A stretch of 64,000 nucleotides of DNA from Camelus ferus (GCF_009834535.1 NC_045707.1:49788001-49852000), one strand, 5' to 3'; numbered from the stretch's first letter, positions 47,771 through 63,230 are shown. Made by a program: numbers and translations. The notes: generated from the letters alone by a model not told the origin.

Positions 47771-50700
47771 CATCAACAAAACAGGCATTTGAAAACTGAT
47801 AGTACCAGATAATTGACATATTTAGGTTCTAGGTCCATACAGGCAGAGGAATTAATTTTTCTCAGAGTTGCAGTGGTTAAGGGGAACTTTAAACCCCATA
47901 ATAGCCTAATAAAATAGGTTGGGATCAGGAAGTAATACACATCATTAGTGAAAATATGTTTCCCGTGGGTAACAGCATTTCTGAGTCATTCATTTCTAGG
48001 GGTTCTTTCATGTGAAATATATTTAATAATTAAACTGGTATCTGTTAATAAGTCATTACACACATGTCATACAGATAAGTACCATGATGGATGAAACAGA
48101 CCTATGTCTCTTGAAACTCATAGTCTGTTGAATATGGGCCCTTTTTGGGGGGTGATGATCCATTTTTTGGCCTGGGTTATTGCTCAAATATGTGTACTTT
48201 AATTCCATGCATAATGTGGAGTTCTCATATAAAAAATAGGTGCTGGCCTTCTGTGTGTTTCTGATATTTAGAGAAGAAAATCAGTGCTTTCTAGTTTTAC
48301 CATATAATTGCTACTGCAACTAGCAGGTCATGCCTTTAATGTTGAACTCACGCATTATTTTCCCCATTTGGTATTTCTGAATTATATCTTCCTCCATTCA
48401 GGAAGCTATTTACTTTTTTTCACTTTTCCATCCTGTATATAATAACTCAAACATTTTTGTTGCCTTACTCTATGGTCCAACAAAAATTCCTTCACCTGTC
48501 ATTCTTAGTTTAAATTAATCCATTTTAATTGACAATAGTGGGGGGGTTGTCAACATAATTTTTCATTGGTAATAGAAATAGTTTTAGAAAAGGCTTACTT
48601 TTTAGTTAGAATCAGAATGACCTATAAAATAATACTTTGAAGAAAAATGCTCTAGATTTAGTATCTAATTCCATGTTCTACTAAGTATCATAGGGGGAGA
48701 AATGGCAATATTAGAATATCAGCATTTCTAACTTTCACAATCTTATCCCTATGATTAGCATGAATATTTTATTACCAGTAGTATATAGTCATGGTTTTAT
48801 AAGAACATTTTCTTTTCTACAGCTAAAAGCACAAGATTGGTACTTGGCCACTTATAATTGTTATGTATAATAATATACACTACTATTTTAAGTCTTAAAT
48901 TAGCTACTTGCCTGACAGATAACAAAGAATATTGATTGCATTTACCATACTCAATTCTGTACTCTCTGAAAAAGGATGAGAAATAAACTTGAGAGCAGAC
49001 ACGCAGCCCAAGTGAATGGAACATTAAGCGCACCATTAGACCAAGGAAGATGTAGGACAGCTTTCAGGGAGCTTAGGGAAAAGCTTGTAACTCTTCGAAG
49101 AGGAAGGAGGAAAAAGTAGTTACAAGTCAGGTACATAAGGCCTAGACAAATCCATGACCAGATGGAAACATTCTTGAATTCTACTACTGCTGTGTTTACA
49201 AGCACCTCATTTGAAGACCAGAATTGTTCCCCAGCATATATGTTATTCATGCCATTTACAAAATCAGAGTGCGGATCTTAGAGCAGGAGGACCACTCTAA
49301 AGCAATAGGATATGATAATTACAGAAGAAAAATAGGTGGGGAAAGTCTGATTGTTCCAATCTTAAAAGTTGTGAAGCTATGTGTACAACTTGTAAAAAGC
49401 TGAGGAAGCACAGGGATGCTGAAGAGAACAGACTTCAGAGGGAACATAAAGGAGGCTGCCTAGATTTTGAGAAAGCAGTCTCCGAGCATGAGGTTGTGCT
49501 GTTGGCACAGCAATCACACAAGTGACTGAAAATTGTTAAAGTTTTTTTATGGCCAATGACTTACACAGGAGGCACAAATCTCTGTTAATTGTATAATAAG
49601 TGCATTGCTAAAAGCCTCCTATGAATTAAGCAGGGGAGATCAGTTAAAGAGGTAGTGGCTTACTCTTTACCTGTCAAGTGACTATCACCAAGTTTGGCAG
49701 CCAAACATGAAAATAAAGATCAAAAGAAAGTGGACTTTTTAATCATGGATGGCTTTCAAACTCTATAAGACTCTATGCCTCTTTAGCGTCATGGAAAATT
49801 TTACATATTATTGCACTTAGGATTTTCATGATTAGCACACACTTTTAAATGAGATACAGTGGAAAAGTGACAGCGGGGAAAGTATGAACGGCACATGATT
49901 ATCAATGCCCTGAGTCATCATTGTGGCAAGAAAATGACCAAGCTGATTGGTACATACACATCCTGTGTCGTTTTTGTTTTTTGTTTTTGTTTTTGTTTTT
50001 TAAGGGGCAAGAAGAGAGATCCTGTATGCACAATGGAAAATAATGAATGGCAACTCAGGTGTTATACTGGGCAGTTTTGGAAAGAAAGTGTTATACATAT
50101 AAATTTGGTCAGCTCCTTGGGTGTCCGATGATTTGAGGCCCACTCAAAAGGATGCCTGCTCTCTAACCAAAAATACGTCTCTCATTTATTGAGGTGTCTA
50201 AAATTAACACCATCCTTCATCAGTTTGGATTTATAGATGGAAAGGAAGACCCTAGCTCTATTGAGGAATGAGATAAAGAACCCTGAACAGCATGAAGGTG
50301 CTTTGTATTCAAAAGAAGACACAGAAAGGGCAGCAGAGAGGAAATGGAAGGGCCTCGTTGATAGTTCTTCCTAATACTGTCCAAGAATTTGGTCCAAATG
50401 GAATGAGTGATACTTTCTATCCTTTTACCTTACTCACTGAATTGGCCATTTTGGCCTCAATTATTCTTGCTGCTTACTAAGTTGTGTTTTGTGTATTTAT
50501 TATGAAGTCTTTGTTTCTTTTTGAAAAGTAATTTTGCCATTTGTCGCCTTTCCTGATCGATTCCTTTCCAGTCACCGTTAATGACTATTGATTGTGACAA
50601 CTTTCAGCTTCAGATGGAGTAACTGCCTTAATATAGAGAGATTTTTTATCTCCAATCCAGATATATTTTTACCTAAATCTCTTGAATATGTTTCAGATAG

Positions 50701-51344
50701 AGCGTTTATAGGAACTATACGCATACACTATAGAAACGTTTGTATATATCTTAAGACACTTGCTCTGTCTAGACAGTTACCCTTATCTAGATGAGGAATT
50801 ATCTATATGATTATTGGAAAATTACTATGGGCTTGTATAAGTTACTGAAGAAATTTAGGAAAGCCTATAGATTTCACATCTAGAGAATCTGTTCATTTAT
50901 CATAATTCTCAGGGGTCTCGTTGTGCAGTAGGTAGCACCTCAGTCTCATAATTCTCAGATAGTTTAACTTTTCAGTGAATAGAACTTTTCTTAGAGTTAT
51001 AAGGGTTAGAGGTCATGGAATTCTAAGCATCTATTCAATGCAAAAGTCTCTGACAGTTAATAATGCAGATTTTGCATGTCATTTCCAGAGATGAGGAACT
51101 CACTACTTTGTAAGCATAACATTCCATGCCTAATTGAGGATGAGTTTGAATCCTTCCTTTCCGTTATCCTTCTACTCCTCCAGTTCAGTTTATCTCAGAG
51201 TCCTATAGAGTAAGTCCTCAATATTTTCTCTCATCTCCATCCCCTTCATTACTCCCCTTTTTATGTCCTCATCACTTCCGACTGCATTACTGAAATAGCC
51301 CAGTCTTCCCAGAGAGTTCTCCCCACCCCTTGCAACCATTAATT

Positions 51345-51835
51345 CATTAATTCACTTTTTTTCTGATCTTATTACCTTTAATGACTTTTTATTGAAGCAT
51401 AATTGGTTTGCAATATTGTGCTTGTTTCTGGTGTACAGCATAGTGATTCAGTGTTATATATATATATATATATATATATTCTTTTTCAGATTCTTTCCCA
51501 TGATAGTTTATTATAAGATGTTGAATATAGTTCCTTGTGCTATACAGTAGGTTCTTGTTGTTTATCTATTTTGTATATAGTAGTTTGTATCTGCTAATCC
51601 CAAACTCCTAATTTTTTCCTTCCCAACCTTTCCCCTTTGGTAACCATACGCTTGTTTTTTATGTCTAAGAGTCTCTGTTTTGTAAATAAGTTTATTTGTA
51701 CCATTTTTTTAATTCCCCATATAAGTGATATATGATATTTGTCCTTCTCTGTCTGACATTCTTCACTTAGTATGATGATCTATAGGTCCATCCAGGTTAC
51801 TGCAAATGGCATTATTTCATTCTTTTTTATGGCTG

Positions 51836-51878
<43 letters not shown>

Positions 51879-52317
51879 ACAACTTCTTTATCCAATCATC
51901 TGTCAATGGACATTTAGGTTCCTTCCATGTCTGGGCTATTGTAAGTAGTGCTGCTATGAACATTGGGATGCATGTATCTTTTTGAATTAGAGTTTTCTCT
52001 GTATATGTGCCTAGGAGCAGTATTGCTGGATCATATGGTAAGCCTATTTTTAGTTTTTTAAGAGATCTCTATACTGTTTTCCATAGTGGCTGCACCAAAT
52101 TACATTCCTACCAACAATACAGGAGCTCTCCCTTTTCTCCACACCGTCTCCAGCATTAATTGTTTGTGGACATTTTAAAGATGGTGTGTGATGATACCTC
52201 ATTGTAGTGTTGGTTTGCTTTACATTTCTCTAATAATTAGCAATGTTGAGCATCTTTTCATGTGCCTGTTGGCCACGTGTATGTCTTCTTTGGAGAACTG
52301 TCTATTTAGGTCTTCTG
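51345..52317 (-). mobile_element. 5'-truncated L1 with 13-bp TSD (copy 2)
   Basis: Paralogous to 22428-23385; TSD at 51332-51344 and 52318-52330. Confidence 0.95.
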
Positions 52318-55300
52318 GCAACCATTAATTTATAATGCTATCAGAGTAGTTTTTAAAACTGGACATCTGCTTCTGTCACCTGCTGCTTTAAACCAGACTT
52401 CTTGACATCATATTAAAGACTCTGGTCCCAGCCAACCTCATTCTTTCTCTCCAACCTCATTCCTATATCCAGCTTTCAGTTACATCCTATACTTCAGCCA
52501 TTGTGAATAACCTGTAATTTGCAGAGAGCTAGCATTTCCTCACACCTCTCTATCTTTGTATGTGTTATTCCTTCTACCTGAAGTTTCCTCCTCTGCCTTC
52601 CTATGGCCAAGCTAATGTTTCAAAATTCAACTGGGGCATTGTTCCCTCTGTGAAGCTCCCACAGCACACACGCATACCTGGACTCATCACACTAAATTAG
52701 AATTGTTTTCTTCTTTATTTTTCAAAGACTGTAAACTTTGTATACCCAATATCTACAGTACTATTACGGTACCTGAAATATAGCCAGGTACTCAATTTTG
52801 AATGAACGTGAGAGATTTATGTTAAACAAAATATTACCTATGCATGGGTCTATTATCTATGCATGGATCTATTTTCCAGATAATAGCCCTAATATTTGAA
52901 GACAGCTATTATGTCTAAATATATCTTCTTATTCTTAACATCTCCTTTAATCCACAGCCTGGCCATATTTGCCTTGGTGACCGCAAATTCTTTTTGAACA
53001 GATTTCCTGTTCAGAATACTGTTAGATCAGTACTTACAACCCCATCTTGCTTTCTGACCATCTGTTTCCAAAATTTCTTAACACACCATCTAAAATTTTT
53101 CCAATTTATTTCCTAAGAGTAAAACTAGCTATGTTCTGAATAACTCACTTCCTCTGTCATCACTTATTCCTAAAGGTATCCCCTCCAAGAGAAAAATCAT
53201 TAAAATCTCATTTTATTAAGTCATCTAATCTTTGCCTCCAAGCTTTTTTTAAGCTACCTCCTAAGTGTGGTAATACATTTAGGTTAAACAGCTCCAGTAA
53301 TGGTTGAGGGACAAGGGCAAGAGCTTAAATGGCATCTTATCAAGAGAGTGCCTAGCTTTGATGAGCAAGAGAGGATGTTTGTCAAATTCTGTGTCTTAAC
53401 TCAAAAAGTTAACACTGCTGGAAAACCTATAAAGCTAATAAGCGTTTTCTTTGTTTTCATGTAATTAGCTTTGAAAGATCAGTCCTTGGGAAAGTCTTTC
53501 ATTCCTCCTTAGAATTATTTAGGAAGGTGTTTGAAGGATCTAGAGAGAAAATCAACTAATTACCTGACCAATATATGGTACTCCTAGGACTTTCTAGGTG
53601 GAAGAATCAGTCTGTATAGAACAATACAAGTAGATAAGCATACCTGCTTTTAAAAAAAGTTAGCCCTGGTAACAAAATTACCATCAGATTTTCAGTACCT
53701 CCCCAGTTTGAGAATAGGTATGGTACATAGGTATCTGTGATATTACTTCCTGTACTTAACCATATGTTTAAATTTTCCATAATTCAAAATAAAACTAAAA
53801 ATAACTTTTAAAAGCTATGTAGAACATTTCCCTTGCATTGCCCCACTGCTTTATTTAATTCCTTATGCATCTATTAAAGTTACAAACAACAACAACAACA
53901 AAAAATAAAGTTATAAACAAGAGTATATACTATACGTGAAATTTATTGTCAATATGAAGTATTTACCTAGGCTCTGGTGGTTTTTTTCAGAATATTTACA
54001 TATTATGTCATAAGTACCAAAACTAGTCAGCTCTTCAAAAGCTGTTGTCTTTTTTTTTTTTTTTCAAATGGCACTGGAATAAACATAGGATAAGTACTTC
54101 TCTCTCCATTTTAGAAGAGTGAATAGGGTTGTAAAGGATTCACTGACTTGCTCTGTGTTTTCTTGAATCACTACATCAAGTTTCCTGAAATGATAACATA
54201 TTTTATAGCCTCCAGAAAGTTTCTAGTCATTAAATGTCTTCATACCTTAATTACCTCTACCATTACTGCCCATGTATAACAACTTAAATAATGACAACTT
54301 TCTGAATTTACTGATACAGTAGAATTTTTGTTTACTATTTAGATTTCTAGATATAAATTTTAAAGCCCAGTTATTAAGATTAATTAAGAGAGAAAGTATT
54401 GTACTTCATGGTAATTTAAATTATTCTTGCCTTACACTTTCCAATTACTGATTCATTGCTAAGTGAAGTACAGAATTGCTATTTCAGATATATATCTAGT
54501 TGTTAGATTCTAGTGTGTTAGCAGTCATCAATATGTCTTTTAGAATCTTAGAAATAATTATATAGAACATAAATTTATTTTTGAGCATGCTTTCAAAGTA
54601 TCTAAAGCACTGTTTTTGGATTTTAGTGTCAGAGTGCAATAGTCTCATTATTTTGGCTAGAAATTCATTGCTTAGTCTTTGCATCTATATGGAGGATCTC
54701 ATAGGCTCCATCTATAATAAGCAGCTTATCCAGTAAGTTAATTTTTTAAATGCTGCTCAAAAAAAGAGGCTGCCTTCTTCTGATAAACCCCAGACTTTAA
54801 TAACATGTCCTCTGAATTAATTCTGTAAATACAGTACTAAAGTTCAGTGTAGCAATCTGGGCTGTTTAATTAGCTCACAGCTGCACTGCTGGGATAACAT
54901 TTCTGGTTGAGGAAGTAGCGTTGGTTTTCATTATTTGGGCTCTGGTTCATAGTTCAGTGGTCATTTCAAGTTTTCTTAAAGAATTGCTTGTCTTTGCTTT
55001 CAGAGAAGACCATATGCTCTGTTGCTTAACCATTACTCAGAAACATTTACTGGTGTTCTTGCCATGACAGTACAGCCATTGATTTGGCCTTAACAAAACA
55101 AATGTTGGCAATCTTCTAGACATAGAGGGATCCTGTATGATCAAAAAATTATCTGAGTTATTAGTTTAGCTAGTATATAAGTCACACAGATAGAACCTAA
55201 GTCTCAAATACTTTATTATTTCAAAGCTCTTTAAACTTTTAAAATCTCCTTTTTAATGATGAATATGGTTTATAAAATTTTAAAAATCCTTTTGAAGCTG

Positions 55301-58300
55301 TATACAGTTTAACTGTATTTTCAACATTGTCCAGTAAATTGTATTATTTTTACATATACTAGAGAATATGAAGGCTTAATATAAAATGTGGCAGGTTATG
55401 TGGTAAAATGAAGAATATAAACACCTTTCATTTAGTGTCCACTAGAAGAAAACTCATGATCTAATTTTATCCTCACAGCCACAATAGAATGTCGTCCCCA
55501 TTTTGCATAGGGGAGAGCTAAAGAATCAGAGCAGTTAAGGCATTTGCTCATGGCCACACAGCTGGTAAATTTTGGAACTAGAATTCAAATCCAGGCATGC
55601 CTTTCACTAAAGCTCAGGCTTTTTCTAAATGTCACATTGCCTCTTCCTCAAAGCCAAGTTTAAGATTCATCTTTCCCATAATAATCTTTCCAACAAACTT
55701 TAATTTTATCGGCACTAATTTATGTACTATACCATCAGATTTATGTAGTTCTTAGAATTGGTTTTCTTACTAGTCCATGACTTGTCAAGGCTAGTAGATG
55801 TGTATATTCCCTCGGTCCAGACACTGCTTCCTTTTATGCCCCACAGTAAGAAGTGCTCTGGACAAAGTATACAGTCATTTACACTGGTTATGCCAGAATG
55901 TGATTGCAGAGAGCTTTCACTTTCCACACTATACATATCTGTATTGTTTGAATTAGAAAAAATACACATACATACTTGTAGATAATTATCTATCCCTAGT
56001 ACTAAAAATGATAGTATATCTGGTGTTACTATTTGACTTCTTGCATATTAAAAAAAAAAGGAGTTAAACAGAGGAGGCAGCTTAATTATTTTTCTGTCTA
56101 TAATAGTCATGGATAAGGTTTTAAGAATGTGGGAAAAGATGACTTAGACACAGAAATAAGAATGTGAGGCTATTAAGTACTGAGCATTTCATTCTTAAAG
56201 ACATGGAGAGGAATTATAAAGGATAGTGAGAATGTATATAACAGAAAGAGGTGGCAAAACATATACAAGAGAAGCATCAACATGATGGGAGGAAAGAAAC
56301 ACACTTTCTACTTAAGAAAATGAGAGAAGTAAAAACATTACAATCTTTAGTTAGAATAGGACTACCTCAAAAAACAGTAAAAGGAATATGGAAGGCCATA
56401 AATGCATGCTATAATATCAGCAGAATCCTGGTAGCTCAAAGAGAATTTAACATGACCAAACCAAAATGATGACATTTTCATCCTTTTTGGTAGATATTTA
56501 GTGTGGAAGTGTTCTTGTTGTCCTGTAAACAAGGCACTACTACTTGGGAAAATTAATTTTTGCTGTGATAAATTCTTTGATGGTGGAGTGGCTTCATACA
56601 ATTTGTGCTGAAATAATGAATTTGCCAAGTATGAAAAATTAAATTAAAAAAGTAGATGAATAAAATAAGAACTGACTTGAAAATGGCCAAACACACTTTA
56701 CTCAATGCAGGGATTGTGTGATGGTAGCAGAGCATTAGAAAGAGGCTAGAATTTGGAACCGAGAAAGCCAGAGTGCAGGGGAGGGGAGTCTTGACAAGGC
56801 AAGGGACTTAGCCATCAGGACATTTTTTTTTTTTTTTTAAGAAATAGGCATCCTTAAAGTTCAAGATGAACCCATGAGGTCAGAAACTAAGCAACAAGCA
56901 AGCAGAAGTGAGTATAAATAGATGTGAGAATTAAGTCTAATCATTGGGTCAGAAACTGAGGAGGCGAGCAGAAGATGTAGAGGACACAGTTACTGGAGTT
57001 CAGAGAGCTAGGGACAAAGAGTGGTTACTAGTATGGTTACTGGCAAAGAGGGAGAACCTGGGGGCCATAGATTTCAGAAGAGAAAGGTAAAGCAGATAGC
57101 CAGAACTTGCCTGGTGGTCTGGAACCAGAAAATTCCTAACAACTGGGTGAGTAGAGTAAACATAACACTTTGATTATGTGAAAAGCTGTCTCCAGAAGTT
57201 TCTCCATCATTACCATAAAGACATTTCTTAAAGAAATCAGTATTTCTAGGTCTCAAAGTGTAGAAATAGGAAGATGCACCTGAGCAGACACAGCTTCCTG
57301 TCAGGTTTTCATGGTGATAATCATTCAATAATGTTATCTACAACATTTCAAAGTTGGTGTACCCTCCCTGTCTCTGCTACAAAGTGACTCCTTGTCTGTC
57401 ATCTCAGCCCTATCACTAGAAAATCATCTAAACTATTTCTCATGTAACTATGATTTACGATTGTGTTTTCCCTTTCAATTCAGTCACTTGATTATTCGTA
57501 TTCTGATGACATTTTCCCACCTGTTAGGTTATGCCCTCAACTTAACTAAATGAGGTATTTTACTTGAACGACTAGTTTCAACTATGAGCCAGTGAATCCC
57601 CAATACCTATTCCTGAATAACATCTGAAGCAGATTCTGTAACTTTCTGGGAACTTTCGACTATGAAAACTTTGTAAAAAGATTTACCCTCCCCCTCACTG
57701 TCTCTGTGTACTTTTTCTCCCTCCCTCCCTCCCCTCTCAGAGTTATGACTCTTCCAGTATTAAGGACAGAGAGGATGGAGGAGGGGAAAAGGGCAAAATC
57801 TCTTTTCTTGGCTAGATTCTACTTCAAGCCCCTTTGAAAGTTGATGCCTTCAGCATGGCAGACATCCAAATAATGAATCTCTTGTAGGTATATGTGGGAA
57901 CGTTTGAAGAGCCCGGCGGGGCCATTGGTAGGAACTGGTACCGATACACCACTAGCTAGAAGGCAGGATTTCTGGCTTGACACGGGGTTCAGTTCTGGCT
58001 TCCTGCCTCCCTGAGGTCTAGCCACATCTTCTATCATTAAAACTCCAAGTTTGTAGATTTATAACTTATTTCCTGGTTCACTAATCCCCTGAGCTGATAT
58101 CTGCTTACTGCACCCTGGCTGTTCTACTTTTGAGTTCTCTATTTCCACTACTGCAGATTTTTTCTTTGTTTGCACTTAGCTGTATATTAATACTGTTTGC
58201 TATGTTTTTCCCAGTGTTTACACACCACACATACACCTGCATTTGGGGAATGGGGTTGCGTAATGCAGTAGATCTGAAGAAGGGTTCTAATATGTGAATT

Positions 58301-58327
58301 CTGAGAAATGCTCACCGAATGAGTCTG

Positions 58328-58711
58328 TGATATGGATGGAATTGTATCCTCCCCACCCCAAATTCATATGTTGAAGCTCTAACCCCCAATATAGACATAG
58401 GGCATTTGTGGAGGTAATTAAGGGTTAAATAAGATCATAAGGGTGGGGCCCTCATCCCACAGGACTGGGGTCATTATAAGAAGAGGAAGAGACACCAGAG
58501 ATCCTTTTCCTCCATGCACGCACACAGAGGAAAGGTCATGCGAGGACAGAGCAAGAAGGTAGCTGCCTGCAAGCCAGGAAGAAAGGACTTGCCAGAAACC
58601 AACCTTTACGGCACCTTGACCTTGGACTTCTAACCTGTGAACTGGATGAATATAAACTTCTGTTCCTTAAGCCATCCAGCCTGTGGCATTTTATTACAGC
58701 AGACTAATACA
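58328..58711 (+). mobile_element. Solo MLT1B/C-like MaLR LTR (copy 2)
   Basis: Paralog of 29367-29759; perfect 5-bp TSD GTCTG at 58323-58327 and 58712-58716. Confidence 0.92.
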
Positions 58712-61700
58712 GTCTGATTATCAGTGCCCATGCCCATGCCTACTGAGGAGCTCTGCACCAGACCCCCTTGAACTCTTAACAACTGTAACTACAGTGGGAA
58801 ACCCCAACTCTGAGTCACCAGAGAACATTGTGTGGACCTATATTGCTATAAAATTGTACTCTAAATTTGCCTGGGCCTTGGATAACGTTTTCTTTGTTCT
58901 TGCTCATCCTTCAGTTTCTTTAATCAACCCATTCCATTCCTTACTTAGCCTCACTCCGTTTTGGCTGATGACTATAGGAACCGCTGTTATATCAGGAATA
59001 TTGAGATGGCATTTTTGAGCCTATGTCATCCTTCCTCTAAACTTAAACTTTTTTTTTCCTTTTTCTTCTACATCAGAAAAGAGGTGTTTCTCTTTCTTTT
59101 CAAGGTGAATCCCCTCTGTTTTAGATCCTCCCTTCTCCTGACCTCTGCACATGCTGCCCAGCATTTTCAGCTTCCCTCCTTTGACCCCTTCCTCTCTGCC
59201 ATCAAAAACGCATAAATCAAAAAATTGACTTTCAGTGACCTGGTTTTTGATGTCTGGTAAATTGGCTTTTTTCCAATACAACTGATCCTTGAACAACCCA
59301 AGTCTGGGTCCACTTGTATGTGGATTTTTTTCAGTACCATTTTTTCTGTACCATTCTCAGTTGGTTGAATCCAAGGATTCAGAACCTCTTGTGCAGAGGG
59401 AGGGCTGACTGTAAAGTTATAGGCAGATTTTCAGCTGCCAGGCGGGTGGCCACCCCTAAACCCTGTGTTGTTCAAGGGTCAATTGTATTTCTATCTGGAA
59501 GAAAAAAAATGACCCTGAAACAAGTTCCCTCAGGTCACAAGAATAAAAGAACAAGGCAGTGGATATAAATTTAGAAGTCATCATTGAAGAGGTGACATTT
59601 ATTTATTCATATCAAACTAATTTAATTTTATGCACCCATTATGTGCCAGATCTTAATAGAGGTGGCATGTAATAAGTGTTAATAAATGTTTCTTTGTGTA
59701 AAAGAATAGATGAATTACTTACCTTGATGATAATGCCTCCTAAATAGATATATTTCATGTTTTCTTTCCTTAGTAAGATGAGAGGATATTTGTCAAGATC
59801 AACAAATGATTAATGAATAAATTAATGAGTAACACTATCCTTATTCTCAAGGGGCCAAAGTCATGAAAATGGGTGAACTTTATGAAAGTTAAGATAGAAA
59901 GAAATGCTCAAGTGTAAGAGCTTTATTGGAAATAGCCAAGGAAAGAGAAAGAAGAACCAGTGAAGAACACAAGAGAATATCAGGACAAAGGAGGGAAAGA
60001 GACCATGAAGTGCGTCAGTTACCTAAAGGCACCATAAAAAATGGAGCTCTTCTAGCTCCACTCTAAATGGTCCAAATCAGAAGCTCTGCTGCTGTGGCCC
60101 CAGGAGTGTGTGTTGCTAAGCTCACACTAGTAATTCTGCACATTCCTAATATCTTGAAAAACAGAGAAGTTTCAAAGGAAAGGTGGAAAAATTATATAAA
60201 AATATAAGCACTAAAAAATCTGAAAAACATGAAAGTGTACCACAAATGTGAGAAAATCCTTCTGATTTTCCTATTTTTAGCATAAAAAGATACTGACATA
60301 AGCATACACCAGGGATGGTGGAACAGAAAGCCATAAGCCTGGATTCTTGATGGCTATGTTCAGCAGCTAAATCAATCATACCATCACCTACTTCTGAACT
60401 TCTGTTATGAGAATAACTCCCTATTCATTAAAATAAAGTAAGTAGGGTAAAAATGTACATTATTGTTTACAGTGCATTTACTTTGTAATAAGGGGTAAAG
60501 AATGAATGCTTAAGAATAATAACAGTTATTGAGCATTTACTACACACCAAGTGTTCTGTTCAGAGTTTTGTATAAACAACTCACCAAAACCTCACAACAA
60601 CCTCCTATTAGTGGGAAAATACATGAGTTACTCATGGAGGTGAAGGATAACAAAGGTAGTAAATATATGTTTCATAGATCATGAAAGGATAGGAAAATAG
60701 ATGTGGGAAACTTGCTAATTCTCAGGTACATCTGGCATTTCTCCTGCCCATCTTTTGCATTAATTTAAATCTTATATCTGTTTTGTGGCACTAGTCAAAC
60801 CCACATCCTCCTTTAGGAAATCTTCCTTAACAACATTTAAATAACATCTTTCCCTTTTTTTGATTCTCTGGAATTTAGATTTAGAGCCATGACCCTATGA
60901 CCTAGATTATACAACATTTGGTGGTAGAAAAAAATGCCTTAGACCTAGAAGAGTACAGGATGTTAAATAATTCCTGTCAAATGATGACATTTAACCGTTT
61001 TACATTTTTCACCTTATAAAAATTTTCCATTATGTGACTTGAAAATTCTTATTTTAGGTTTACCTGTAATCATCTTAATTTAAGTCAGCAAATGTAGTTA
61101 ATTGGTTACTAATAGATAACAGTTCTCGTGGTTTTCAGCTAAGTTATGTTTCTCTTCACATCTTTCTCTGGTGATCCAGGTTAATGGAAATTTGAGAATA
61201 TACGTAACTGCTCTTTATGAAGCATTAAATATTTTTCTTCTTTTGCCTCCCTACACAAGTCAGTTCTCTTTAGCTTCCTGCAGTGATTAGAACTGACACA
61301 TTCACATATGTATAAATGCATATTTTGGAAAATACGGTTTTAAAAATATTTTGCTGTTGGTATGTCTCTATTTTGTACTATTGCTAGAGGAATGTGACAG
61401 AATTCTTGAGGAAATAAAGATCCCAGTGTTTCCCTTTACACTTAATTACACTGAGAATTTTAGAAAGCTATCTCCATGAGTTATACAGGACTAGTTCATA
61501 TTGAATTTATCAGCTTATCAGAAAAGATGTCAGTAGTTTAGATTTATGCCCCTAAAAGGAATATACTTTAATAGTTTGCAAAATACATTACTCTGAATAC
61601 ATGGCCTATCTTCAAACAATGTTAACATCCCAAAGAGTAACTTGCCATAGTATTTAAATACGTTTATAAATTTGCATTGGAACTAAAAAAGATGTTCAAA

Positions 61701-63230
61701 ACTTATTAAAATACATTTATAAGATTAAATATTTAAAAATAAATTGAATTATTATTATTATGCAGTGATATATCACTGGATCAATTAAATCCATGGAATA
61801 AGTAAGTTCTAAGATTAAAAGGATTTGGTTTTATCATATACAGTGGCATCTTAAAATTTAAGTAGTTTCATTTTTTTAGGAAATGCTAATTAAGCAATCA
61901 AATATTTTCTTGATTTTTACAATTAAAAATATGCCATTAAGATTTCAGTGCTAAACTTCTGGGAGAAAAAAATGAGTTTCCTAATGTAATGTGTACAGTT
62001 ATTTATATATTGCTTTCTATTTGAAGAATGAAAATATAAAAATCAAACTACACAGTACAATCATCTTGACTATGAGCAAAAATATCTTACTAGTATGTGA
62101 CTCACATTTCATTATAATGCATATAAATATGTTCTGGGATATATGTGTATATAATCTACATAAATAAAAACTCTATTGAAATCATGTTCTGAAATGAAGA
62201 TGCTGAGTAATTTTTCATGACCACAACACTTTAAGAGAGTATACTTTATTATTTGGAACTTCAATAAACCCACAAAGTGAACAGATTCTAGTTTAATCTA
62301 TTATCCATTTTGCTAGTGCACTATAGCAATGAGTCATATATTACTTTAATGTCAAATTCTTGATTAAAGTAGAATACATAATTCAATTTTCTACTGCGAC
62401 TTCCTTGGAGGAAAAGTTGGACGAGAGCCAGTGATTCTTAAATGTCTCTAAGCCGTTTCGAAAAGTTAATCTGTTCCTCTATTAAGAAGTTTTGAAATAG
62501 TGTCAGGAAGGGCTATTGTACCCACCAACCAATTTCTTAACAGTGATTAAAGAGGAAAAATGGTGCTATCTTGCCCGGTGCTAATTTTGCAGCTCAAAAG
62601 GTTGGTAGTGCTTGACCTGGTAAGACACATAAGTTGATAAATATATGTTTTTTTCAACAGGGTTAACTTTAAATTTTTTTCTTTTTAAACTTTTTACATA
62701 TTTTGCTTCTAATCATTCCAAAATATTTTAATATAAACACTACCAGAGTGAACCTACATAATAAAGTCCTTCGCATCGCCTGTTTGCTTTTAGGAAGACG
62801 TTACTAACATTAATTTTTCCAGTCCTGGAGTTAAGAGAAAGGAGGAGCCTCTGCAGAGCTTATCTTTTGTTCTGATGAAGTGGTACTGAAAACACTGACA
62901 AGGTCTCTCCAAGAGCTGCGAGGGTTAGTTCAGAGATAAGACGAAGATGGAGCACGATGTCATAGGTAAGACGAATCTTTACACACGTATGTATGCGTGT
63001 GAAGGAAAAACTGTTTTGTCACTCCAGCGGTTTTTTATTAACTGCAAAGTCTATTGAAGGTTGGGGCAAAGCCGGTCACCTTTCAGCGTATCAGTCTTGG
63101 CACGTTACCCTGTGTTTCGTTTTGTTTTCATTTTCTTTTCATCCCAGGAAAGGTGCTCGTTCGAGATGCTACAAGTGAACTAAAAGAGCCAACAGCTTGG
63201 CATAGGTAGAAAAAGCAAACTCAAAACGAA

